DNA of 53,805 nt from Bdellovibrionales bacterium (GTDB lineage: Bacteria; Bdellovibrionota; Bdellovibrionia; Bdellovibrionales; JAGQZY01). Within the stretch, counting starts at the first letter, position 1; every line of letters begins with the position of its first letter. The position numbers and the translations under genes are program-made. Under the pieces are notes generated by a model. The model had not been told where the DNA came from. It ran no database searches and saw only the letters and a list, made by a program, of their open reading frames with translations. Location of the stretch: assembly GCA_043764415.1 (NCBI GenBank), contig JAYUKO010000162.1:1-53805 (forward strand), written 5' to 3'. Below are positions 35,784 through 44,045 of the stretch, piece after piece.

Positions 35784-36809
35784 ATGAAAAAGCATTTAAT
35801 GCGAGCGTTTCTGTTCTTGGTATCATTGGCCTTAGCCATTGCTTTGGTCGAAAGCTATCTCAGAGTTTTTGGTAAAGATAGATTTGATATCGCGATGCAC
35901 TTAAAGCGTCCTTCACAGTTCGAAGACTTGCGTGTTCATTTCGAAAAAAAAGCACACCATAAATTTGACTTTATTCACGAGGGCAAACTTATTTATCGGC
36001 AGGAGATCGAAACGGATGAGTGGGGGCGACGAAAAACCTATGGACCCAGTTTTTCAAAAACACTCATCATGTTCTTTGGCTGCTCCTATACCTTTGGGTC
36101 GGGCCTTCAGCAGCACGAAACTTTACCATATCAATTTAGCAAAACGACGCAAATTGATTCTCTGAATTACGCCTTGCCGGCATATGGTCCCCATGGCCTG
36201 CTTCGCCAAGCAGAAGTTTTGCCCTTTGGTGAGCAAATTTCTTCGACCTACTCGTCGGTCTATGCGGCCTATATATTTTATGGCTTTCAATGGCGCCGAG
36301 CCACGGGAGGAATTGGGTGGATTGCAAAAATGGGAGGAAATCACCCGTTTTATAAATTGGATTCAAAAACCAATACCATTTCCTATCAAGGTCGTTTTTC
36401 AGACGCGCAACCCATTAAGATGTGGTTTATAAAATCGTTTAACAAGTTTCATTTGCTGCATTACCTACCTCAGATTTGGGATCACGAAAGTGCAACAAAG
36501 GCTGATCAGCTTCTTTTTTGCGGAATGATGAACAAAACCCAGGAACTTTTACGAAAAAAAATAGGCAGTCCCTTTAAAGGCTTAAAAATAATACATCCTT
36601 ATTTTGATCACGACAAACTATGGAATGAATTTTTATTGGGCGCAAGGAAATGTTTTTCCTCTGAGGTCGAGCTGGTAGAATTTAAAATGCCAGGGAGCAG
36701 AGAGAAATGGGCCATCGACAGTGTTTTGGAGGACCATCCCAATATTCATTTCAATAAGCTGTTGAGCGATCTTCTTGCGCGAAGATGGCAGGAACAACTA
36801 GAAAAATAA
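35784..36809 (+). CDS. membrane-anchored SGNH/GDSL-like hydrolase/acyltransferase family protein (copy 1)
   Basis: N-terminal TM plus 'ESYLRVF'. Block-I-like 'FFGCSYTFGSGLQQHETLP'. C-terminal 'EDHPNIHFNKLLSDLL' (Asp/His block). Confidence 0.55.
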   Translation: MKKHLMRAFLFLVSLALAIALVESYLRVFGKDRFDIAMHLKRPSQFEDLRVHFEKKAHHKFDFIHEGKLIYRQEIETDEWGRRKTYGPSFSKTLIMFFGCSYTFGSGLQQHETLPYQFSKTTQIDSLNYALPAYGPHGLLRQAEVLPFGEQISSTYSSVYAAYIFYGFQWRRATGGIGWIAKMGGNHPFYKLDSKTNTISYQGRFSDAQPIKMWFIKSFNKFHLLHYLPQIWDHESATKADQLLFCGMMNKTQELLRKKIGSPFKGLKIIHPYFDHDKLWNEFLLGARKCFSSEVELVEFKMPGSREKWAIDSVLEDHPNIHFNKLLSDLLARRWQEQLEK

Positions 36810-37536
36810 ATAAAATTAACTGAAGGTGCATTTGGAAGTCGATCCCCAAAATAAAGGCTGTTCCCAGATGAAAAAAGATAAGCAGCCACCCCCAAAAAAA
36901 ATCGAACTTGGGCATAAGTAAAATGATAATTGACGAAAGCTGCATCCCGATGAGTGCCAGCCAAAGAATTCCCGAAAGATAATAATGATGTTGTAAAAAT
37001 ATCATAAGTTCTGTGTTTGCGATGACATCCTCACAGTAGGTGCGAGCGATATGGCTGGGCAGCGTAGAGGAAACATCTTGCCACCAGTGGTCGGCATGAT
37101 TCAAAAAAAGGCCTCTCAGTTTCCACAAGCCAGAGTTGCAATAAATACTTAAGCAGAAAGCACGCAGACATAAAAAAATCTGTCCAGAATTTAAAACCGA
37201 AGTTGGTATTATCAAAATAAAGTGCGCCGCCAGCCAGCCAAAGTTATTATGGCTAAAGTCGCCAAACGAATACGTCGAGTAGATCAAAAGCCACCAAGCA
37301 TAGGCAGTCACCGCACGAAAAATGAGGGGTCTCGGAAAAAAAGCAGTTATGAGCTGCAGGCTCAGTGCAAAAAAATAAAAAAGATTTAAATTCCATTCAC
37401 CGGACCCTGTCATTTGGGCTTTTTCATAAATTTGCGTGCGTAAAGTTAGCAAAACTAAAAACCCTGAGGTGTAAAATATCGACAAGCAACGCTCGTGCAA
37501 ATTTTTGGTTTTAAAATTTAAAAATTTCTTCAACAT
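36751..37536 (-). CDS. HTTM-like polytopic membrane protein, copy 2
   Basis: 261 aa. 'SFGDFSHNNFGWLAAHFIL', 'YCNSGLWKL' and 'FFHLGTAFILGIDF' match motifs of ORF 23505-24503. Confidence 0.5.
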   Translation of the reverse strand: MLKKFLNFKTKNLHERCLSIFYTSGFLVLLTLRTQIYEKAQMTGSGEWNLNLFYFFALSLQLITAFFPRPLIFRAVTAYAWWLLIYSTYSFGDFSHNNFGWLAAHFILIIPTSVLNSGQIFLCLRAFCLSIYCNSGLWKLRGLFLNHADHWWQDVSSTLPSHIARTYCEDVIANTELMIFLQHHYYLSGILWLALIGMQLSSIIILLMPKFDFFWGWLLIFFHLGTAFILGIDFQMHLQLILFIFLVVPAIFAQEDRSTAY

Positions 37537-37936
37537 TTTCGTATTTCTCTTTTTGATTTAGAATGATATATTTTGCGAGTGGTAAATTTATCTTATAGAT
37601 TTTTAACGGCATAAGACTCTGGTTCTGAAGGTGGGAAAATAGAAAATCTTTTTCGGCGACGGGTTCCCCTCGGGAAACTTGCGACGCCAATCTTTGCAGG
37701 TTGTACCAAGTCTCCGATTTTTTTAAGGACGAAGAACTGTAGAGCTCGCGTCCGTTGGGGCTCTGTACTTCTAAATCGTAAAAATTCCAATGAACGGAAC
37801 TTTTGGAAAATAAAGACCAATCAAAGAATGGCCCCCACTCTGAGGTATTTTTCCACGGCAGAACAACTTGTGCCATGAAAACAAAAATTATAAAAGTTAA
37901 TACAGGAGAAATTTGTCGAAAGTTCCAATTTTTCAT
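37511..37936 (-). CDS. small single-TM protein preceding HTTM-like gene, copy 2
   Basis: 141 aa with an N-terminal TM helix (VLTFIIFVFMAQVV). 26-nt overlap with the downstream HTTM-like gene. Same position and size class as ORF 24487-24969. Confidence 0.45.
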   Translation of the reverse strand: MKNWNFRQISPVLTFIIFVFMAQVVLPWKNTSEWGPFFDWSLFSKSSVHWNFYDLEVQSPNGRELYSSSSLKKSETWYNLQRLASQVSRGEPVAEKDFLFSHLQNQSLMPLKIYKINLPLAKYIILNQKEKYENVEEIFKF

Positions 37937-39180
37937 TTCCGATTTACTTTCTCTGCAGTTAGTTGAGCTAAGTGCTCCAATAGCAACGTATGGCCCCTAT
38001 CGTTGAGGTGACAACAACCATCTCTAAAAACGGATTCTGTTGTATTTTTAAAGAGTGACGCAAGGTTAACAATTGGCAAACCAGCTTGTTGAAGCTCCCG
38101 TGCTTTCTGATGCAATAATAAGTAGTTGGTTTTTCTTTCTCTGAGTTCATTGGGATCAATTTTGGCTAAAAAGCCCAGCTCTTCTGTAGTCAATTTTTTT
38201 TCAACAAGATAAGGCGCGGGCTGTAGGGCGTAAATGGAGGTCACATTCATCGATCGAGCCATGGTTTCTTGTTGGCGAATAAATTTAGACCACATCTGTA
38301 TGTTGGTCTCTTTTAATTCAGACGAATTTCCAGATTTCCATAGCCCGTCCTTAGGTTTGTCAATTTCTTGCAGGATGGCAAAAATTCTTTGCCAGCGATT
38401 CAAAATTTGTGTTTTGAGAATTGTGCTTACAACAGAAATCCCTGCGCCGAAGTTTTGAAGTGTTTTCTTTTTTTGGGAAATTTCTAAATAGTCGGTAAAA
38501 AGATGCAGCTGTTTCTTTTTTGTCTCGTAGATATCTTGCGAAAAATAAAGACCTGAAACCAAGGATGTTGGAAAATAGGGCGGATAAACGGACGAAGCTC
38601 TGGGATGTGCTTCATTGACACCTTCGATATTGATCGAAACATCGAGCTTATCCAAAAAAAACGAAGCTATGACAAACTGTTGAGGCTGTCTGTAGCCGGA
38701 ATACGCAAAATTGAGGACTCGAATTTTTTTAGAACGTTTGAGCTGTCGATTCAGATTTTTTTTAAAAACACTATTTTTTTCCTCAAAGTAGTGAGCTTGA
38801 GTCGCCACAGAACCGCCAAAAATCCCCACGTAGAGAGTATCGGGTTGTTTTTCAAGGTTCCAAAGTTCGGGTCGTTCCACAAAGCCGTAAACGAGGGTTT
38901 CTAAAGATTGATTTTCTTGAGTTAGCGGACGGGAATACCCGAAAAAAGGATGTGGATACTTAGGACTGAGGAGATTCAAATTCGTAGCGTCTCCCAATTT
39001 ATCAAAAAGCTCCTCCGCCGGACTGCCTTCGTTCAGATCACTCAGTAGCAGCTGTAACTTTTTGTCCAGTCGAGGCTCTAAAAAAAACCGACAAAAAAAC
39101 TCGGCCACAAAAGCACAAAGACATAACGAAAGACAAAATAAAAAGATCTTACGACTTAACGATCGCACACCGTGGTCCAT
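37933..39180 (-). CDS. membrane-anchored SGNH/GDSL- or DltD-like protein (copy 2)
   Basis: N-terminal TM plus 'AEFFCRFF', 'YVGIFGGSVATQ' and C-terminal 'FRDGCCHLNDRGHTLLLEHLA' (D..H block). Confidence 0.5.
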   Translation of the reverse strand: MDHGVRSLSRKIFLFCLSLCLCAFVAEFFCRFFLEPRLDKKLQLLLSDLNEGSPAEELFDKLGDATNLNLLSPKYPHPFFGYSRPLTQENQSLETLVYGFVERPELWNLEKQPDTLYVGIFGGSVATQAHYFEEKNSVFKKNLNRQLKRSKKIRVLNFAYSGYRQPQQFVIASFFLDKLDVSINIEGVNEAHPRASSVYPPYFPTSLVSGLYFSQDIYETKKKQLHLFTDYLEISQKKKTLQNFGAGISVVSTILKTQILNRWQRIFAILQEIDKPKDGLWKSGNSSELKETNIQMWSKFIRQQETMARSMNVTSIYALQPAPYLVEKKLTTEELGFLAKIDPNELRERKTNYLLLHQKARELQQAGLPIVNLASLFKNTTESVFRDGCCHLNDRGHTLLLEHLAQLTAEKVNRK

Positions 39181-39263
39181 ATTTCATCTTACTGAAAGGA
39201 CGATGGGGGGAGCAAGATATCTTGAACGTTGCCACCTTGCGCTGATTCAGCTAGGATTCCCCC

Positions 39264-40478
39264 ATGGCGACTCAGCAGTCTTCTACATTTTGTTCCGTGC
39301 CCTGGACGCAGCTTGCGACAAACTCGTCTGGTTACTATCGAGTCTGTTGCAACGCGCTGCCCGTTAAGAATCTTGTTCGCGATGCGCAGGGAAAAGTTTT
39401 AACAGTATACAAAAACACCGTAGAAGAAGCATGGAGTGCACCAACGTACCTTCAGATTCGCGAAGAAATGCAGTCCTCCGTTCGTCCAGAAATGTGCACC
39501 CGTTGTTTTCGCGAAGAGGATGCCGGTGTTGAAAGTGCGCGACAAAGATGGAACCGCCGCTGGCCCGAGACTTCGCTTCAGCAGGACGCAGAAGGGGCAT
39601 TCCCTTTAGTTAAGTACGTGGATTTGCGCTTAGGAAATTTGTGTAACTTAAAGTGCCGAATGTGCAATCCCTACTCCAGCAGTAAGTGGGTCGAAGAGTG
39701 GAACTCGGTGGTAGGAACGAAAGGCTTAGTGCCAGAAAGCTCGCTGTCTCCAGGAGAAGCGCAGCGCCTGCAAAAAATGGATTGGCCCGAGGACGAAAAA
39801 ACATGGGCCCATTTACTGCCAATTCTCAACACCGTCGAAGAAATATACCTTACTGGAGGGGAGCCTTTTTTATCTTTAAAGCAAACGGACCTGCTGCAAA
39901 AATTGGTTGATAGCGGGCGTTCTAGCGAAGTGGTTATTAAATACAATACCAACGTGACGGTCTATCCGGAAAAAATCATCGCTCTTTGGGCGAAATTCAA
40001 GACGGTTCGGCTCAATTTAAGTATTGATGGGGTGGGCGCTACCAATGACTATATCCGTTTTCCTGCAAAATGGGCCTCTGTAGAAAAGAACTTGCAAGGG
40101 TTTTTTGAATTAAAAAAAGCGGGCGTTCCCTTGGAAATCAGTGTGCATACAACAGTGCAAATCTATAATATTTTAGAGCTTCCAAAAATTATTCAATACT
40201 TTAGAGACAACTACACTCTGACTCCATATTTTAACATTCTCAATCACCCAGCGTGTTTAAATATACGCTCCATGCCGCAGTCCTTAAAAGACGTGGCGCT
40301 GCGAAGACTGCAGCCTTGGGCCAATGAAAAGGGAGTGGGCGAAGTAATTTCGTATATGCTAGCCGAAGATTGGTCGAAGTCCTACTGGCCAGAGTTTATT
40401 AGATACACGTCGCAACTCGATGCAAACCGCAGTCAAAAATATATGGTCAGTGACGTAGATTTACAGCTTGTGGACTGA
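39264..40478 (+). CDS. radical SAM protein, N-terminal twitch-like family (paralog 6)
   Basis: 'FCSVPWTQLATNSSGYYRVCC', 'CTRC', 'CNLKCRMC' and 'LTGGEPFL'. Confidence 0.85.
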   Translation: MATQQSSTFCSVPWTQLATNSSGYYRVCCNALPVKNLVRDAQGKVLTVYKNTVEEAWSAPTYLQIREEMQSSVRPEMCTRCFREEDAGVESARQRWNRRWPETSLQQDAEGAFPLVKYVDLRLGNLCNLKCRMCNPYSSSKWVEEWNSVVGTKGLVPESSLSPGEAQRLQKMDWPEDEKTWAHLLPILNTVEEIYLTGGEPFLSLKQTDLLQKLVDSGRSSEVVIKYNTNVTVYPEKIIALWAKFKTVRLNLSIDGVGATNDYIRFPAKWASVEKNLQGFFELKKAGVPLEISVHTTVQIYNILELPKIIQYFRDNYTLTPYFNILNHPACLNIRSMPQSLKDVALRRLQPWANEKGVGEVISYMLAEDWSKSYWPEFIRYTSQLDANRSQKYMVSDVDLQLVD

Positions 40479-40504
40479 TGGGGACTTAGATATGTAATTA
40501 GGGT

Positions 40505-41650
40505 ATGGCTAATCACTGGTCCTCTTATGATTTCACCAAAATCCCCTTTGCAGATATTGAATCGGTAGGGCAGAGAACCCTCCTTTATCGAGATTTGTTT
40601 TGCGTTAGTTGGCTGCTGGGTCGTTTTTGCAATTATAAATGCTCTTATTGTTGGCCCTACGCTCGCTCCGACACAAGAGATCACCGTCCCACAGAATTGG
40701 TTTTAAAAACGCTCAGCGAAATCAAGCGTCAGGCACGGGAACGAAATTTTAATTCTTTTCATTTTTCGTTCAGTGGCGGCGAACCAACACTTCACCCGGG
40801 ATATCTGGAAATATTAAAAACATATTCAGAGGATCAGCCGAATTGTAATTATCAATCACTGCACATGACGAGTAATGTTAGTGCTGGTTTGGGTTACTTT
40901 AAAAAATATGCCGAAGTTACCAAAAATATAAACCGCGTGAGTATCACAGCCAGTTATCACAAAGAGATGACAACCAAAGAGCCTTTTGCAGAAAAATTAA
41001 TCTTCTTACAAGAGCAAGACATCAACGTCACCATCAACATGGTCATGGTTCCTGAGCGCTTTGAGCTTTTGTGGGAAGAGGCTCTCTATTTTCACGAGCA
41101 GGGTATTAACGTTACCCTCAAGCCGCAAAGCAATCCAACGGCTACGGCGGTAGTTTCAGGATATTCTGATGAGATGTTAAAACGTTTACGCAACGGAATG
41201 CCACAAAGGGATTACACGACAAAACGGTTAGAGTCGAAAATGAAAACATCGCAAAGACCAAAGCCGCGTCTCGCAGCGCTGCCAGAAAAAGATGAAACTG
41301 GCGATGATATTCCTCAGATCATGCAAGTGGAGTTTAATGATAAACTGGGCAAGAAGTGGTTTATGGACCAAGCCGAACGCTTTAACGCCTTTAATTTTAA
41401 TCAATTCCTTGGCTGGGAATGTAGCGCGGGTTATCGCAGTATTATCATTCGTGAGCCTGATGGCGCAATTAAAAGAAGTTACAGCTGTAACGACAAGCCG
41501 CTTGGCTTTATTGATAGTGGATTCGAACTTTTTCCAACGGCAAAGCCATGTGTAACTAAGAGCTGCGTAAGTAGTGCGGACAGTAAAATTCCAAAACGTA
41601 AAGCGGGGTCCAAGTGGCCTCTATGGCCTGGGGACACCACGAGTGTATAA
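40505..41650 (+). CDS. radical SAM protein with C-terminal twitch/SPASM-like domain (type B, copy 1)
   Basis: 'CNYKCSYC', 'FSGGEPTL' and C-terminal 'GWECSAGYRSIIIREPDGAIKRSYSC...PCVTKSC'. Paralogous to ORF 48890-49978. Confidence 0.8.
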   Translation: MANHWSSYDFTKIPFADIESVGQRTLLYRDLFCVSWLLGRFCNYKCSYCWPYARSDTRDHRPTELVLKTLSEIKRQARERNFNSFHFSFSGGEPTLHPGYLEILKTYSEDQPNCNYQSLHMTSNVSAGLGYFKKYAEVTKNINRVSITASYHKEMTTKEPFAEKLIFLQEQDINVTINMVMVPERFELLWEEALYFHEQGINVTLKPQSNPTATAVVSGYSDEMLKRLRNGMPQRDYTTKRLESKMKTSQRPKPRLAALPEKDETGDDIPQIMQVEFNDKLGKKWFMDQAERFNAFNFNQFLGWECSAGYRSIIIREPDGAIKRSYSCNDKPLGFIDSGFELFPTAKPCVTKSCVSSADSKIPKRKAGSKWPLWPGDTTSV

Positions 41651-42719
41651 GGCGCACGAAATACGAGTCGTTCACCTCGAAATCACAAGCAAATGCAATG
41701 CTTCTTGCCCCATGTGTTTGCGAAATGTATGTGGTGGGAAGGTAAACCCGCAGCTCCCCCTCACAGAACTTTCGATTTTGGATATCAAAAAAATCTTCAC
41801 CACTGATTTCGTTCAGCAGCTCGACAGAGTTTATTTATGTGGAAATTATGGGGATCCTGTTGCAGCACGAGATACGCTAGAGTCTCTAAAATATTTTAAG
41901 GAGACCAAGCCGCAAATCCAACTGTCACTGTTTTCGAATGCGTCGGCACGTCCTGCGGTTTGGTGGCAAGAGCTCGCGACGCTGACCAAGGATGTGCATT
42001 TTGCAATTGATGGCCTTGCGGATACCAATGCGATTTACCGTCGGGGCACGCAATTCGAGGTCATTATGCGAAATGCGCAGGCTTTTATTGATGCCGGCGG
42101 CCGAGCTATTTGGGATTATATTGTTTTTAGACATAACGAACACCAAATAGAAGAAGCACAAGAGCTTGCAAAAAAAATGGGCTTTTATAAATTTAATTTA
42201 AAAAAAACTGGAAGATTTTTTAGCAACACCAAAACAGAGGTAAAATCGCAGCAAGCCGTCTACAACTTGGACGGTGAGATTGATTATTTGTTAGAGCTGC
42301 CTCTCAATCCAAAATATCACAACGCAGCGCTAGTGAAAGAGGACGAACTAGTTAAGAAGTACGGGCATCTCGAAAAATATTTAGATCAAACGCTTGTCGA
42401 TTGCAAGGTAGACGCAGAAAAAAGCGTCTATGTCTCCGCGGAAGGATTCGTTTTTCCTTGTTGTTGGACGGCCAACCAGTTGTACCCATGGTATCTGGAA
42501 CCGCGTTCCTCTCAGATGTGGAAATTGATACAATCTTTGTCGGGTCAAGAACAGGATATTTCTGCTCTTAAGCGGCCGTTTATTTCGATCGTCGAAGGAG
42601 ATTTTTTTACTTCGATCGAAAAGAGCTGGTCGTTGCCATCAACTCAACTAGGTAAACTTAAGCCTTGTGCCAAAACCTGTGGCCGAGAGTTTGACCCATT
42701 TCGAGAACAGTTTCGTTAA
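41643..42719 (+). CDS. radical SAM protein (type C) with C-terminal Cys-rich region
   Basis: 'HLEITSKCNASCPMC', 'LCGNYGDP', 'FAIDGLADTN', 'FVFPCCW' and 'CAKTCG'. I prefer GTG at 41643 (GTGTATAA overlap with the upstream stop). The ORF-track GTG at 41574 would overlap by 77 nt. Confidence 0.75.
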   Translation: MYKAHEIRVVHLEITSKCNASCPMCLRNVCGGKVNPQLPLTELSILDIKKIFTTDFVQQLDRVYLCGNYGDPVAARDTLESLKYFKETKPQIQLSLFSNASARPAVWWQELATLTKDVHFAIDGLADTNAIYRRGTQFEVIMRNAQAFIDAGGRAIWDYIVFRHNEHQIEEAQELAKKMGFYKFNLKKTGRFFSNTKTEVKSQQAVYNLDGEIDYLLELPLNPKYHNAALVKEDELVKKYGHLEKYLDQTLVDCKVDAEKSVYVSAEGFVFPCCWTANQLYPWYLEPRSSQMWKLIQSLSGQEQDISALKRPFISIVEGDFFTSIEKSWSLPSTQLGKLKPCAKTCGREFDPFREQFR

Positions 42720-43885
42720 TGAAAATAGCACTTTCGTTTTTTGCAATAGCGCTAACCCCAATTGTATTGTTTCTTTCATTGGAATTGTCGGTACGCATGT
42801 TCAACGTAATCTCAACTGCAAACCGTAAAGTTGAAGCGCAAAATCATGGCTGTGAACTCCGGACCGGCGAAAACTATCGCTTGTTGGTCACCGACAGCGG
42901 TCAAAAGAAAACAAAATTTTCCCAACACCAATTTGAGCTCAAAAGTTTGGTTAAGAACTACGATTTTTTCGCCACGGACGATGTGGGCTACGTTTTTCAC
43001 AAAGAGAAGCAAAGCTTTCGCCAGCAAGCAAGGATCGCTGGAACAGACGAATTATTGTATGATGTGACTTATGGTTTTGGTGAAGGCGGACGACGAAAAG
43101 TTCCCGGGGGAGAAAATATTTCGGCCCAGTCGCATTTGGCGATCAGTGGGTGCTCCGTGGTTTTTGGAGAGGGCCTCGATGACAACCAGACACTTCCGGC
43201 ATTTATGCAAAAACACTTTCAAGAGACCCAGGTTTACAACCTAGGGCGAGTTGGTGGTTCGGTTGTTGATGCAGTCTCAACCTTGCAAACGACCAATATG
43301 TGGAAAAATATTAGTCCTTCCAATGGACTTTTACTCGTCTACCACGCTCAACACACCCATGTTCCTCGATTCCTAGGAGCCATGATGACCATTGGAGCTT
43401 GGAGGGGACAAGCTGCGTTCCTAGAGGAAAGTAAATCTTCGGGGGAGTTTAAATTTGGAGGGGTATATTACCGCGACAAGCTTGCTTGGACGCGGCTAAG
43501 TCAATGGGCGGTAAAATCTGAATTGTTAAAAATGATCGCCTTTGATTGGCCGCCACAAACAGACTCCGCCCTCGACAGCTATACCCGTGCGTTAGTTTTT
43601 TTGCGGAAGGAGTACCAGCGAATGACTTCCCAAGACAATCCCATGGTCGTTTATTTGAAGCCCGGGGATAAGGAATCATGTAAAATTATTCCATTTTTAG
43701 AAAAACACCAAATTTACTATCTGGACTATACAAACTGGCACCTAACCGACTATGCAACGGAACAATTAATCATAAAATATGACGGCCACCCCACCGAAGA
43801 GTACAACAAAATTTTTTCAATTCAGTTGTCGCAGGACTTAAAATCCCAAAAAAATCAAAACAAAATCAGGCGTAAATTTTTCTGA
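42719..43885 (+). CDS. membrane-anchored SGNH/GDSL-like hydrolase/acyltransferase family protein (copy 3)
   Basis: N-terminal TM plus 'ELSVRMF', 'LAISGCSVVFGEGLDDNQTLP' and C-terminal 'KYDGHPTEEYNKIF'. TAATG overlap with the upstream radical SAM gene. Confidence 0.55.
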   Translation: MKIALSFFAIALTPIVLFLSLELSVRMFNVISTANRKVEAQNHGCELRTGENYRLLVTDSGQKKTKFSQHQFELKSLVKNYDFFATDDVGYVFHKEKQSFRQQARIAGTDELLYDVTYGFGEGGRRKVPGGENISAQSHLAISGCSVVFGEGLDDNQTLPAFMQKHFQETQVYNLGRVGGSVVDAVSTLQTTNMWKNISPSNGLLLVYHAQHTHVPRFLGAMMTIGAWRGQAAFLEESKSSGEFKFGGVYYRDKLAWTRLSQWAVKSELLKMIAFDWPPQTDSALDSYTRALVFLRKEYQRMTSQDNPMVVYLKPGDKESCKIIPFLEKHQIYYLDYTNWHLTDYATEQLIIKYDGHPTEEYNKIFSIQLSQDLKSQKNQNKIRRKFF

Positions 43886-43895
43886 TTAAAGAATT

Positions 43896-44045
43896 CTAAA
43901 AGATAGTGTAGATGAACGGGGTGGCGACCGTCCCACTGCCTAAGTAGAGAAGTGCTGAAAGTGAAAGGAGAACTAGAAAAAATGGAATCATCCACCATTT
44001 TTTATTTTCCACAGCAAACTGCCAAAGTTCCAAAACTAGCTTCAT
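43896..44045 (-). CDS. small membrane protein, SxtK/'DUF5989'-like (not in ORF track, 49 aa)
   Basis: Manual translation gives MKLVLELWQFAVENKKWWMIPFFLVLLSLSALLYLGSGTVATPFIYTIF*. Its ATG (44045-44043) overlaps the carbamoyltransferase TGA (ATGA). From memory, the sequence type (ELWxF..xxKKWWxxP, one TM, ...APFIYTxF end) matches the ~50-aa proteins that accompany carbamoyltransferase/SxtJ pairs. Confidence 0.6.
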   Translation of the reverse strand: MKLVLELWQFAVENKKWWMIPFFLVLLSLSALLYLGSGTVATPFIYTIF

